This document shows positions 37,975 to 47,728 of a stretch of DNA of 64,000 nucleotides, piece after piece. The notes beneath the pieces were generated by a model. That model ran no database searches. It saw only the letters and a program-made list of their open reading frames with translations, and had not been told where the DNA came from. Position 1 is the stretch's first letter. Every line of letters begins with the position of its first letter. A program made the translations under genes and the position numbers. Source of the DNA: a virus; IMG/VR virus record IMGVR_UViG_3300029922_000003. One strand, written 5' to 3'.

Positions 37975-38744
37975 GAATTCTTAAGGCTGCAGGCGTATCC
38001 CATTAGCAAGCAAAGAAGGCTTTGGTGAGGCCTTGTAGTTGTATAGTAAAAATCTCTTAGGGCTGCTGACGCAACACTATTTCCTGTAATTAATCCCTCT
38101 TTCCCTGGGACCTGATCCACACTATTTACAATACCATCAATATCAATGTAGTTTGGGTACTTAAGGTCGAGCGTTGTCTGGGCAAATGAGTCTGGGATAC
38201 TAGAACAGTTTGTGAAAGCTATACTTATGGGAGTATTAGGAACCTTCCTTAGGTCTGATATATCACCAGAGAATGTAAAATTTATTGTGTTAGAATCATA
38301 CCTGCCAGCAGATGCTACAGTGGCCACAACAGATGTCACTGGGTCTGATCCAGCAGACTTTGTGATTACAATTTTCTTCTCATTAATGCCATCAAAGGCA
38401 GACCACAGGTCACTAGTAGAAATGAACATGTTGGGGTGTACCACATTAATAAAAAGTGATGGGTCAAGCGTGGTTGGTATCAACAACTTTCCTTGCACTA
38501 ATCTAGTGTCAAATAACGAATTGGCAATACTAGAGAGTACGGGATCCCTATAGATTCCTGAGATCAGCACATTAGCTCTCCAAGCCTGAATAGCTGGAGT
38601 ATCGTACGCAGAAGACCCCAGGAGTGCATCTCTAAATAGGGAGAATGGGGGCTGAAGTATCTTTTCTTCGTACTCAGAAGGAAAGTAGCAAACGCTCGAG
38701 AATTTATTCGAGTTCAGCAAGTATGTTCTAATTTCTTCTACCAT
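37971..38744 (-). CDS. Hypothetical virion protein
   Basis: Start reassigned to MVEEIRTYLL. Confidence 0.65.
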   Translation of the reverse strand: MVEEIRTYLLNSNKFSSVCYFPSEYEEKILQPPFSLFRDALLGSSAYDTPAIQAWRANVLISGIYRDPVLSSIANSLFDTRLVQGKLLIPTTLDPSLFINVVHPNMFISTSDLWSAFDGINEKKIVITKSAGSDPVTSVVATVASAGRYDSNTINFTFSGDISDLRKVPNTPISIAFTNCSSIPDSFAQTTLDLKYPNYIDIDGIVNSVDQVPGKEGLITGNSVASAALRDFYYTTTRPHQSLLCLLMGYACSLKNS

Positions 38745-38745
38745 A

Positions 38746-39195
38746 TTAAGATTTCCCTCCATTGATTATAGACATCTCCAGGGTGAAATTAGCAAAATTG
38801 AATTCATTCATTTCTGCAGATATATTCATACCCTCTAGATACCCAAGGAAAGTAGTACTACCAAGAGACACAGAAATCGGACCGGACTGAGCATACACAT
38901 TACTTGATGTGTAGAACTCATTAACCACTCCAACTCCATCCCCAGATGTTGCTGCACAATTGGGGTTCAAAAAGATTATACCGCTTATAATAATTCTACC
39001 TGGACCCTCTCCCCATGCATACCCGTAGATTGAACTATCAAGAGTTTTGACATATTGGGTCACTTGATTCCTCTGGATTGCAACACCAGTGAATATCAAA
39101 AAATCAGACGGGGCAAGTGACAGAGTCAAGATGCCCATAGCACCATCACTGCTCTTCATCACTGTACCTCTTGTAGCTTTGAAAATATCTGCCAT
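38746..39195 (-). CDS. Tail-tube-like baseplate/tube initiator protein
   Basis: QRNQVTQYVKTLDSSIYGYAWGEGPGRIIISG; follows the tape measure; start MADIFK. Confidence 0.6.
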   Translation of the reverse strand: MADIFKATRGTVMKSSDGAMGILTLSLAPSDFLIFTGVAIQRNQVTQYVKTLDSSIYGYAWGEGPGRIIISGIIFLNPNCAATSGDGVGVVNEFYTSSNVYAQSGPISVSLGSTTFLGYLEGMNISAEMNEFNFANFTLEMSIINGGKS

Positions 39196-39196
39196 G

Positions 39197-41566
39197 TTAT
39201 CTGTTGTTAGGTGCTGGAGCAGCAACTCCACCTAAACCGCTCTTGGAGTCTGCTTTCCCTCCAATTTCGGTTTTGATATCAGCAAGTGCATTAAGAATTC
39301 TAGCAACTAATTGGTCTGGAGTCGATCCATCATTCTTGGTAGAGGAATCGGAGCCAGGAGACCACTTGGCAACAATACTGGCTCGATCACTCTGCTCAGT
39401 AGCGTCTTGAGCTAGTTTTGTGCTGTGTTCGCTGATCATGGAGTAAGAAAGGGCACTCTTGGCCTCATCAATCTCCTTCTGACTCTTCCCGTCCTTTTTG
39501 TATCGGCTCTCAAGATCAGACTGAGCTGACTTAATCTCCTTTTGATAGTCTTTATAGGCGTCACCCTTGTTTGCAGTAGAGAAATCTGCAATATCTTGGA
39601 GTCCCTTATTTATCTTGGCATTATCTCCTGTATTGTCGTCCAGAAGGCTACGGATTGACTTGTTGTTGTATGTAGTAACTCCATTGTCCATCATCTTCTG
39701 GAGAATGTCCTTATAAGAAGCTGCCTGGGATCCCTCACCCCCCTTACCCTTCTTGTAGTTTTCAGCCATTGCGTCCTGGATTGCTGCACCCACAAATCCA
39801 CCAAGTCCTTGATCAATCATTGACCCTACTCTCTTGTCAAATATCTCCTTAGATGTCTTTTTCTCATCCTCCTTGATCTTCTTTGCCTTATCTAGCTCAT
39901 CCTCTTCTTTTTTGTCCCTAAGTTGCGGGATAGCATCTCCTAGATCCTGTCTGCTATCCAAAACAGCTCCACGCGCTGTAAGTAAGGTTTGATACGCGGC
40001 ACTATCTTGAGATATACCATGCCTCTTGGCTACTTCCTTTAAGTCATCCTGGTTCTGAATTGAGGTAGCGTTCATGTCTTTTACAACACTGGCATACTCT
40101 TCTTTGGACACCTCATGTTTAGCCAAGTATGTACCAAACACAGTTGTTTTGTCTTTATTTATTCCATAAAGACCATCTGATAATGCTCTGTGCAGGCTAG
40201 CTTGGGTACTTAGCCCAGAAACTCCATCTACTACGTCTTGTCCCTCTCTTGCTCCTAATTCAGCACGAAGTTCTGGAGAAAATCCTTTCTCTTGGATCGT
40301 GTGATCCATAATAGACATGGCTGTATGAGTCTCGGGAGATATGTTCTTGTCATTCTTTTCTAGCAAATCAAATACAGCAGGAGTGTCGCCTTTTCTGACT
40401 AGATCTCTGACTTGATTCTTTAAGTCACCCTCTGGAAGAGCATAGAGAGCCGCAATGGCCCTTGCATTGACCGGAGAGCTGGCTACATTGATACTTCCCT
40501 GCAAATGCTGCTGAGCAAGGTCAGTAACTCCTGGGCCAGAGTACATCTCGCCCCTAGATGCGGACTCCTTCATTCTGGAATTAACTTCAGCGGTGGCTTG
40601 CAGTAGAGCAGAGTTTGCAATCTCTGTGTGGCCAGAGGAAACTCCACCATAGCTAAGGATCTCTTTGGCAACACCCTGGTACTGCACCATCTGTTCCTTA
40701 CTCATGTCTGCCACAGTGGCGGTTGCCTGTGTGTCTCTTAGGGAGTTGTCAATCATTGACTTTGTAACCCCACGTTGACCCCTGAACATGTCCTGAACAG
40801 AACTAGTGAGTTGTTCAAGTGGCATATCCTTTCCAAACAAGTCTTGGGCAATCCTAACTGTCTCGCTAGTCCCTTGTGCAAATTTTACCGCATCAGCCTT
40901 CTCCTGCTGAGTAGCGTCAGCTCTAGACAAATTCTGAAGATGGTCCCAACCCCCCAATAGAGGTCCAAAGGCAGATAGATTCTTAGCGAACTGCTCGTGG
41001 GTAAACCCAGATGACTTGTTGAAGTCCCACAGGCCATTAGAGCCATGCATCCCATCCTCGAGGTTTTTGACCATGTTGGCGGCTCCCTGCATGTTCGCTT
41101 GGATAGTCCCATTAGATATTCCTGGTCCAGCAATGAATCTACCCATGTCACTAGCAAATACCCCAAACTCATTTCTCATGCTACCCCCCTTCTGTGTGGA
41201 GTCCATAATCATCTGAGTGAGTTGATTGGTACCAGCCTGTCCTAGCATGCCCAGCTGTGGGTTCATGGCATATATCGATGTAGACCACCGATTGAACAAC
41301 TGTGCCCTAGTCTGCGACGCCGTAAGCTCATAGGCAGACATGTTGGGCCGTCCAAGTGTCTGCATTGAGGGCCTTCCACTATTGAACATTTGGGTAACCA
41401 TCGACAAGAACATGTCAATTGATGGATTGCCGGTGAAGAATCCATTTGTTGTCATTCCCCTATTTACGGGACTTCCAGACGCAGATCCATAAACCTGACT
41501 TACCGCATTCGGTAAGTTAGCCATAGCTCCACCAGATATTTGATTCTGTAAATTAAAATCAGCCAT
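39197..41566 (-). CDS. Putative tape measure protein
   Basis: 789 aa, helical, Ala/Gly/Gln-rich; lies between the tail chaperone region and hub genes. Confidence 0.7.
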   Translation of the reverse strand: MADFNLQNQISGGAMANLPNAVSQVYGSASGSPVNRGMTTNGFFTGNPSIDMFLSMVTQMFNSGRPSMQTLGRPNMSAYELTASQTRAQLFNRWSTSIYAMNPQLGMLGQAGTNQLTQMIMDSTQKGGSMRNEFGVFASDMGRFIAGPGISNGTIQANMQGAANMVKNLEDGMHGSNGLWDFNKSSGFTHEQFAKNLSAFGPLLGGWDHLQNLSRADATQQEKADAVKFAQGTSETVRIAQDLFGKDMPLEQLTSSVQDMFRGQRGVTKSMIDNSLRDTQATATVADMSKEQMVQYQGVAKEILSYGGVSSGHTEIANSALLQATAEVNSRMKESASRGEMYSGPGVTDLAQQHLQGSINVASSPVNARAIAALYALPEGDLKNQVRDLVRKGDTPAVFDLLEKNDKNISPETHTAMSIMDHTIQEKGFSPELRAELGAREGQDVVDGVSGLSTQASLHRALSDGLYGINKDKTTVFGTYLAKHEVSKEEYASVVKDMNATSIQNQDDLKEVAKRHGISQDSAAYQTLLTARGAVLDSRQDLGDAIPQLRDKKEEDELDKAKKIKEDEKKTSKEIFDKRVGSMIDQGLGGFVGAAIQDAMAENYKKGKGGEGSQAASYKDILQKMMDNGVTTYNNKSIRSLLDDNTGDNAKINKGLQDIADFSTANKGDAYKDYQKEIKSAQSDLESRYKKDGKSQKEIDEAKSALSYSMISEHSTKLAQDATEQSDRASIVAKWSPGSDSSTKNDGSTPDQLVARILNALADIKTEIGGKADSKSGLGGVAAPAPNNR

Positions 41567-41569
41567 TGA

Positions 41570-41580
41570 TCAAATATACC
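41570..41580 (-). promoter_or_regulatory. GGTATATTTGA motif 3 nt before the ATG (candidate late promoter)
   Basis: Identical 11-mer with identical spacing at 62346-62356. Confidence 0.55.
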
Positions 41581-41609
41581 CTTTAATTAGGACAGCCTAA
41601 AGACAATTT

Positions 41610-42188
41610 CTACCTACAAAAGGTCTGTATACATCGATCTACTTCATTTTCCAAATCTATCTTTGTGCCATGGTTTTTTATTTCAATATTATAAGCTAAC
41701 TCATTTGTCTCACTAACATGACCACTAGAGTCAATTTGTATGTGAGACTCTGGAGGCAGGATCTTTATTACCTTACCACCAAGTCTCATAACCATCTGGG
41801 ATTCGTTGTCGAACCTTAGATCCTCGATTGCCACCTTCCCTCCAGAATCAAGAATGGTCCTAGCCTTCATCTCGGCAATATTGACCCAAATATCGTAGCA
41901 AAATAGGTTACGACCCCAATCGGTACCAAGGCTTTGCATTGCATATCTAGGTGACTTTCCACCCAGAGCCTCGCATGGTTGCTCTTTGAGAGATCCCTCA
42001 ATCATTTCATGAATTACATCATCAGGTATTCCGGCCTCTTCAAATAGGGTTATAAGCATCCTCTTTAAGGGTCTGGCAAATTTAAATGTTGTGTATCCAT
42101 GCTTATCCCTAAGAATCCTGGACGCCGTACTCTTGCCACACCCTGCTGGTCCGACAAATGCTATTACTCGTGGTTGTTCCTTTTTCAT
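41610..42188 (-). CDS. Deoxynucleoside monophosphate kinase (T4 gp1-like)
   Basis: IAFVGPAGCGKST, FARPLKRML, PRYAMQSLGTDWGRN, IEDLRFDNE, HVSET; start reassigned to MKKEQP. Confidence 0.9.
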   Translation of the reverse strand: MKKEQPRVIAFVGPAGCGKSTASRILRDKHGYTTFKFARPLKRMLITLFEEAGIPDDVIHEMIEGSLKEQPCEALGGKSPRYAMQSLGTDWGRNLFCYDIWVNIAEMKARTILDSGGKVAIEDLRFDNESQMVMRLGGKVIKILPPESHIQIDSSGHVSETNELAYNIEIKNHGTKIDLENEVDRCIQTFCR

Positions 42189-42216
42189 CAAAATTTGTGG
42201 GTGGAAACCGCGTCCT

Positions 42217-42639
42217 TTAGGACGCCTTTCCGGGTTTGGTTTGTTGTGACTGAACGTAAAGCTTGAGCGTCTCGATTGGTGCGCCTCCACAGGAAGCGGC
42301 AAAGAAGCTAGGAGTCCAAAAAGCGGAACCCCACAGTTTTTTACGAAGCTCGTCCTTGCAGTCTCTCCGTGCTACAAAGGAACTGTTTCCTTTAAGGGCA
42401 TTCGCCATTTCAGAGATGCTGACTTTTGGCGGATACTCGACAACAAGGTGAACGTGGTCTTTGTCGTGGTTAAGTTCCACGAGAACCAAGTCCAGACGCT
42501 TGGCGGAAAGATCGAATCCGTAGCGAAGGCTTGTCCACACCGAATCTGAAATCACCGCATGGCGGTATTTCACGACGAAAACCAGATGCACGAGCAATCT
42601 GGAGACGCTGTGATTATTTCTTCGTAATTCGGTTGACAT
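42217..42639 (-). CDS. tnpA: Y1 HUH transposase (140 aa)
   Basis: HLVFVVKYR, DHVHLVV, FWTPSFF, YVQSQ; C-terminal part of track ORF 42217..43803. Confidence 0.93.
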   Translation of the reverse strand: MSTELRRNNHSVSRLLVHLVFVVKYRHAVISDSVWTSLRYGFDLSAKRLDLVLVELNHDKDHVHLVVEYPPKVSISEMANALKGNSSFVARRDCKDELRKKLWGSAFWTPSFFAASCGGAPIETLKLYVQSQQTKPGKAS

Positions 42640-42661
42640 TGTTTTTTCTTGGTAGTAGTAT
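42633..42661 (+). promoter_or_regulatory. Sigma70 promoter for tnpB
   Basis: TTGACA-17 nt-TAGTAT; GTG start at 42670. Confidence 0.6.
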
Positions 42662-42669
42662 TCAATGTA

Positions 42670-43851
42670 GTGAAAGCAATCCGCACAGTCAAGCTCAAAA
42701 TTTCCGGCAGCACAAAAGCTGACGGGTTGCTTACTGTTTGGTTGAAGGCGGCGAACTGGCTTTCCGACATTGTCTTCAAGACCGAGGAATTGAACTCGAA
42801 TCGACTGGCAAAAGCCCACTACGCCAACCTCCGGGAGATGGGGTTGCCGTCTCAGTTGGCCTGCTCTCTCTGCAAAACAGTCTGCGCTACCTACAAGACC
42901 GCCAGATCGAACAAGCGATGGAGATTGGCTAAGTTCTCCCGCGCCGTGATCCCTGTGGTGTGGAAGCGGGACTTCAATCGCACCCAAAAAGGCGTCACGC
43001 TTTGGGGTGAACTTTTGACCGTTGCTGATTCCCGCCCATTGCCGGAAGGCGCATGGAAAGACTCCAAGATCAAGCGCGTCGGCAGGCAGTGGTTTCTCTG
43101 CTTGGCTCACGAAGTCGAGATCCCCGAGCCAAAGACCGAGGGCTGCATTGTCGGCTGTGATTTCGGCATCAAGCGAATGCTGGTCGCTACCAACTCGGCA
43201 AACGCCAAACCATTTTTCTTCCACGGCGGGGTGTTGAATCACCGTCGTTCTTGTATCCGGCGCACCCGCGCTGCTGTTCAGTCTGTTGGCACCAGAAGTG
43301 CTCGGCGACTCCTGAAAAGGATGTCCGGGCACGAGGCTGCCGTAACAGCGCACTTGCTCCACACAGCAAGTAAGGCACTGGTCAGCTACGCGGTTGAAGT
43401 CGGAGCAAGAAAGGTCGTGGTCGAAAACTTGGAGAATATACGAGACAGTTCTCTGAGCAAAGGGAAGGACTTGCGTTCCAAGGTTCACCGATGGCCTTAC
43501 GCCGATATGCGATTCAAGATCGCATACAAGGCAGCCGCCGTTGGAATTGAATTGGAAGCGGTCAGTCCTCGCAACACAAGCCGTGGGTGTAGTGCCTGCG
43601 GCCATGTCTCGGCATCGAACCGGAAAGGCTTGCGCTTCTGTTGTCAGAAGTGCGGCCACAAGGACGACGCAGACCGCCAAGCCTCGAAGAACATCCGGGC
43701 GCGGTCTGTCTCCATAGCGTGCAACGCTTCGGAGACGGCGAGCATTAAAGCCGCTAAAAGCATCGGGTCTGTCGATATTGACTCTGAATCGTGCGTTCCG
43801 CATGGCGATTTGGTGTTGGTGAAGGACTCGGCTAAATCCCCGTGCCTTTAG
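42670..43851 (+). CDS. tnpB: RNA-guided endonuclease TnpB
   Basis: RuvC I VGCDFG, RuvC II VVENL, zinc finger CSACG...CQKCG, RuvC III DADRQASKNI. Confidence 0.93.
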   Translation: MKAIRTVKLKISGSTKADGLLTVWLKAANWLSDIVFKTEELNSNRLAKAHYANLREMGLPSQLACSLCKTVCATYKTARSNKRWRLAKFSRAVIPVVWKRDFNRTQKGVTLWGELLTVADSRPLPEGAWKDSKIKRVGRQWFLCLAHEVEIPEPKTEGCIVGCDFGIKRMLVATNSANAKPFFFHGGVLNHRRSCIRRTRAAVQSVGTRSARRLLKRMSGHEAAVTAHLLHTASKALVSYAVEVGARKVVVENLENIRDSSLSKGKDLRSKVHRWPYADMRFKIAYKAAAVGIELEAVSPRNTSRGCSACGHVSASNRKGLRFCCQKCGHKDDADRQASKNIRARSVSIACNASETASIKAAKSIGSVDIDSESCVPHGDLVLVKDSAKSPCL

Positions 43852-43862
43852 GCCGGGGAACT

Positions 43863-44186
43863 TTAAATTTTACCCTCCATTATTGCTTTGTATGCTGCGA
43901 TCAGATCTTCAGCAGAAGACTCTCCGCTTTTCTTTTGCTCCTCTACCTTTATGTATGGATATGAGTCCTTAATAAATTCAATCAGGTTGTCAGATCTATT
44001 TGAATTGGCCTTATTGATATTGTCTGGCGATATATAGTTCATACCACCAAGAGCCTCTATCTTGGCCCTATAGATGTCTGAGTTGTTCTCGTGGGACATA
44101 CCAAGACACGCCATTTCAAGGCGCAGCTCTTCATATCCATCTGGCATATCCAGATGACTTCTCCCACCAGATGTTACACCCCGCAA
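43863..44186 (-). CDS. C-terminal extension of the tail assembly chaperone (probably reached by -1 frameshift)
   Basis: No ATG start in the track ORF; the frame is open back to 44234, overlapping the end of the upstream gene in the -1 frame. Confidence 0.6.
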   Translation of the reverse strand: MRGVTSGGRSHLDMPDGYEELRLEMACLGMSHENNSDIYRAKIEALGGMNYISPDNINKANSNRSDNLIEFIKDSYPYIKVEEQKKSGESSAEDLIAAYKAIMEGKI

Positions 44187-44200
44187 AAAGGCCTGACGGA

Positions 44201-44749
44201 TTAAGAATCTTTTGCGGGATCGGAAAAATCTGGATCAAACACACGCCTAGATAGATCTAGCAGCTTTGTGTTGAACTGAGACAATAGACCGGAAAGTATG
44301 TACGTGTAGGTAGAGGAACCAGCACCAATTGGGCTGGCATCTACTTCAGCGAACAAGTCAAAATCCCCAAGACTCCAAGCACTCTTGGGATACACCCTTT
44401 CCTGCCTTACCCCATTGATCTCCTCTAGCTGATAATACAGACAGCCAAGATTGTACAGAGTGCTACACTCAAATGCATTGGAGATCTTACCAGTCTTCAG
44501 GAGGGCGTCTATTTGCTTCGTGACAATATCCCCCTCTCTCTTTGTCTTATCCCTAAAGGTGACATCAATGTTCTGATTTGGATTGGTTATGCGAGAGGAG
44601 AACGTCTTGCCAGTTGCCAAGCATTCAGCGAACTTGGTCTTATCCTCATCTGTGATCTCTAGCTTTGGTAGCTCGTAGTTTGCAACCTCGGTCTCTTTGG
44701 CCTTTATTTCGTTTGCCTCTTCTTTTATCTTTTGAATTTCTTCGCTCAT
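44201..44749 (-). CDS. Putative tail assembly chaperone
   Basis: 182 aa in the tube-to-tape-measure interval; ends FDPDFS with GAT TTT TCC. Confidence 0.6.
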   Translation of the reverse strand: MSEEIQKIKEEANEIKAKETEVANYELPKLEITDEDKTKFAECLATGKTFSSRITNPNQNIDVTFRDKTKREGDIVTKQIDALLKTGKISNAFECSTLYNLGCLYYQLEEINGVRQERVYPKSAWSLGDFDLFAEVDASPIGAGSSTYTYILSGLLSQFNTKLLDLSRRVFDPDFSDPAKDS

Positions 44750-47139
44750 ACGTCAGGGTGGAATTTTTGTGTGGATAGTGGCACTTGCGTGAACACACCG
44801 CCAGTCATGCTCTGTTGATCCCTTGGCTTAGGGGTTCCGTCTGGATAAACATTTGCTTCTTGGTATGTAGTGAGTGCTGTGCCGCCGATTAAGTTGTCCT
44901 TACCTGGATACGGCATTTCTCCAGCAGCGTCAACATCCTTATGTAAATTTGTCCACTCCTCTAGTTGAGAAAGGTATTGCCTCTGCCAGAATGTCTCAAA
45001 CCATTGATATCCATCAGTACCATATTGATCAGTAGTACGATACTTCCATTCAATCTTGTCGTAGTCGGCCTGCGTGTAGGGGGACAGTGCATAGGTTATC
45101 CTAGGTTCAGAAAGTAAGTCTTTTGTGGCTGCAGCAACTTGTTCCTCAAACACCTTCTCTGTCGGAGGAGCTACCATTGGTTTTTCAATTTTTTTGACAT
45201 ACTCCCCATTTGTTGTAGATGCTATATATCCATTCACACCAAAGTTCTGTAGGCCATATATATTCCCCTCGGAGAATATCCCACCAGTTGTGTAGATCTC
45301 ATCATCAAAGTGTCCTTGTCCACCAGCGAACACATCACCATTTGTCATAATGATCATATTACTGGAGGGATCTGATTCAGCTCCAGTTCCCATGTAGATA
45401 TAGTGTCCATCTTGACTCCAGTTCATATGGTCGCTCGATCTCATAAGAACTGACGGATACGTACCCTCCGTTTGCCCTGTAACCGAAAATGAACCATCTG
45501 CTGTGACACCAACATTGTTGGCAGAAAGTAAAACCTTTGAGGCTGTTTTTAGTATAATTCCAGATGGTGCGTAATCCCCGCCCTCTCCATCAAGAACTAA
45601 AACTGGATTGTACATGGCAGTAAGCTGAATAGCTCCGTTCTTGGAGTCCATCAATATGTCCTTGCCCCCACGAATTCTTACAGACTCGTCTGTGCAATAA
45701 ATCTCAGCAGACTTCTGTGCACGGATGATTGTATCCTTTCCAGACAGGATGACCGTAGTGCGTCCAGAAATGATCTCTACGTCCTTTGCAGCAGTTACGG
45801 TTAACTTACCCGCCCTGAGCTCTACAGAAGCCCCCCAGGCGTCTCTAAGGAGCACTGAGCCATCAGGTAGAACTCCACAGAAAGCATCTCCAGCGTTTGT
45901 CGCAGCTATATCACTATTAATTGTTTCTGTGGGTCCTGATTGAGTAGGAGAAAGACCAATACCTGCACCAAAGTCACATGTCTGATTTTCTGCTGCAAGA
46001 TTTGGGAAAGAAACACCCAATGGGCTTGGATCGTCCCAGTCACTGTCATATCCCTCGTGTCTTATAAACCTGTACTGACCAGATGTCTGCCATGCAACAT
46101 AGTCTCTTACAGAGCACCACAATCCAGCAGTAGTTCCAACAAACCCCTGCCTAGCAACAGCAGTGTCTACATTTGTATCCCCCTCTCCAGATAGATCATC
46201 AGCTTCATACTTCTTGATCGGGACATAGATGCCATTAACCTTGGCCATCCATGCGCCTTGTGTAGTTTTTATACTAAATGTTCCAAGCTCGTCGTGCCAA
46301 ATATCAGAAAATAGAGTACCACTAGCAGAGCTCCTGTTGGATTGTATAGCCTGACCTGCTGCAAACCACCCAGAGACTACTCTAATTGTATGGTTTGCGT
46401 ACTGGTCAGCAACAAATGGTCCTAGGAGTGGGGATATGAGTGTTTCTGTGTTTGTACGACCATAATCACAAATACTCCTGACCTTAAACCCAGAATTAAA
46501 CATCTGGAAGTTATGTGCCACCACATCAACAAAATCATCTATCTTATTTAGTGTAATAGATGCAAGAACTCCAGCTTGAATTCTTTTATATAACTTACCA
46601 TCAATTCCTCCTACATGGTAGTCACCAAACGAAGCCTTTTCTCCAGGTAACATATCATCAGCAATGCACGTATCTGATGTATCAAAAGCTATATCTTGGC
46701 ATTTGAAAGTATTCGCATCTATCATCTCATCAAAGCTGTCTGCATAATCCCCAAATGTTGGGATCTCTGTCTTTGTCCCAGGAGGAGAAAGAACGTTCAT
46801 TATCGCAGACCCAAGTACAAACCCATGGTGCGACTCTGGTAGCTTTGCAATAATTATCATATCCCCAATAACAGGAGAGAAAACATCACTGTGTCCAGTT
46901 GTTGGAGAAAATCCAGTAGATGGGTATGTGCACTGGGCATATCCCTCAAACGGGCACACCACCACACAAGTATTTTGAAGTGGGAATGTGTCTACAACCC
47001 TTCCAACAACAATTACATACCTGGCTGCAGCTATATCTCTCTGTGAGTACTCACTTGCAATACCATTGATCGGTTCGCATGGAGTCTGATACCCAGAACT
47101 TAGGGATTTAAACTCTGGAGATGTAGGATTTCTAGGCAT
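44746..47139 (-). CDS. gp5/VgrG-like central spike protein
   Basis: N-terminal OB-like VVGRVVD...PVIGDMIII; beta-helix repeats VELRAGKLTVTAAKDVEIISGRTTVILSGKDTII. Confidence 0.75.
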   Translation of the reverse strand: MPRNPTSPEFKSLSSGYQTPCEPINGIASEYSQRDIAAARYVIVVGRVVDTFPLQNTCVVVCPFEGYAQCTYPSTGFSPTTGHSDVFSPVIGDMIIIAKLPESHHGFVLGSAIMNVLSPPGTKTEIPTFGDYADSFDEMIDANTFKCQDIAFDTSDTCIADDMLPGEKASFGDYHVGGIDGKLYKRIQAGVLASITLNKIDDFVDVVAHNFQMFNSGFKVRSICDYGRTNTETLISPLLGPFVADQYANHTIRVVSGWFAAGQAIQSNRSSASGTLFSDIWHDELGTFSIKTTQGAWMAKVNGIYVPIKKYEADDLSGEGDTNVDTAVARQGFVGTTAGLWCSVRDYVAWQTSGQYRFIRHEGYDSDWDDPSPLGVSFPNLAAENQTCDFGAGIGLSPTQSGPTETINSDIAATNAGDAFCGVLPDGSVLLRDAWGASVELRAGKLTVTAAKDVEIISGRTTVILSGKDTIIRAQKSAEIYCTDESVRIRGGKDILMDSKNGAIQLTAMYNPVLVLDGEGGDYAPSGIILKTASKVLLSANNVGVTADGSFSVTGQTEGTYPSVLMRSSDHMNWSQDGHYIYMGTGAESDPSSNMIIMTNGDVFAGGQGHFDDEIYTTGGIFSEGNIYGLQNFGVNGYIASTTNGEYVKKIEKPMVAPPTEKVFEEQVAAATKDLLSEPRITYALSPYTQADYDKIEWKYRTTDQYGTDGYQWFETFWQRQYLSQLEEWTNLHKDVDAAGEMPYPGKDNLIGGTALTTYQEANVYPDGTPKPRDQQSMTGGVFTQVPLSTQKFHPDV

Positions 47140-47140
47140 T

Positions 47141-47178
47141 AAACAAAAGGGGTGGCACGATTAGTTTCGCGCCACCCC
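47141..47178 (-). terminator. Intrinsic terminator after the tail tube gene
   Basis: GGGGTGGC/GCCACCCC stem followed by TTTTGTTT. Confidence 0.7.
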
Positions 47179-47198
47179 GTATTGAAGTCAACCCAATA

Positions 47199-47711
47199 TT
47201 AGCTATTGGCGGCGGACATACTAGCAAACAGACCCTGGAGACTCTCTCTGATCATAAGCTCCTGGGTGTTCATTGTGAAGCCGTAGCTTGTGATGAATAC
47301 TCCAGTAAGGGTTCTAGCAAAGTTTGCCGTGATTCCATCGCAACCACCATTAGTTCCAGAGAACGAAATCGTAGCTCCACCAAGGCAAGCATTGAATAGG
47401 TTGGTGTCAAACTCCTTAGTGCTGACAATTTTACCTACAGAAATCTGACCAAGGGGACGGCCAGCAAGAACATACATCTTGCTAGATCCAAGCTCGTAGA
47501 TTGCATTAGCCTGTTGAGCGTATGTACACTCTACATTCTGTACAAGTGCTCCAACCCCAAGTGAGGCTGGTGTTCCACCTGAGGAAGAAGCTTGTGAGCT
47601 AGTCCCTGTCCCAGCACTTGTGCTGAGGGTCATGATAGCCATGTCGGAAAGGAACACCCCTCCGACCTGAACTGGGGTCCGTCCGTAGATATCTGTTGCT
47701 GATGTTGACAT
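47199..47711 (-). CDS. Tail tube protein
   Basis: LVQNVECTYAQQANAIYELGS..MYVLAGRPLG; directly after the sheath gene. Confidence 0.8.
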   Translation of the reverse strand: MSTSATDIYGRTPVQVGGVFLSDMAIMTLSTSAGTGTSSQASSSGGTPASLGVGALVQNVECTYAQQANAIYELGSSKMYVLAGRPLGQISVGKIVSTKEFDTNLFNACLGGATISFSGTNGGCDGITANFARTLTGVFITSYGFTMNTQELMIRESLQGLFASMSAANS

Positions 47712-47728
47712 AGTTGTTTTTTCCTAGA

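Larger units (their letters stand above)
42189..43866 (+). mobile_element. Complete IS200/IS605-family element (IS605 type, divergent tnpA and tnpB), 1678 bp
   Basis: Left hairpin GCGTCCT-TT-AGGACGC with GAAA at +16 and target TCAT; right hairpin CCCCG..CCT-TT-AGG..CGGGG with AAAT guide and terminal TTAA; visibly GC-richer than the flanks. Confidence 0.9.

Noticed and set aside
42217-43803. 528-aa minus-strand ORF fusing an antisense-tnpB region to TnpA
   Set aside because: Only the last 140 aa have transposase motifs. The upstream 388 codons are the antisense shadow of GC-rich tnpB with no recognisable domain, and there is an ATG at 42639.
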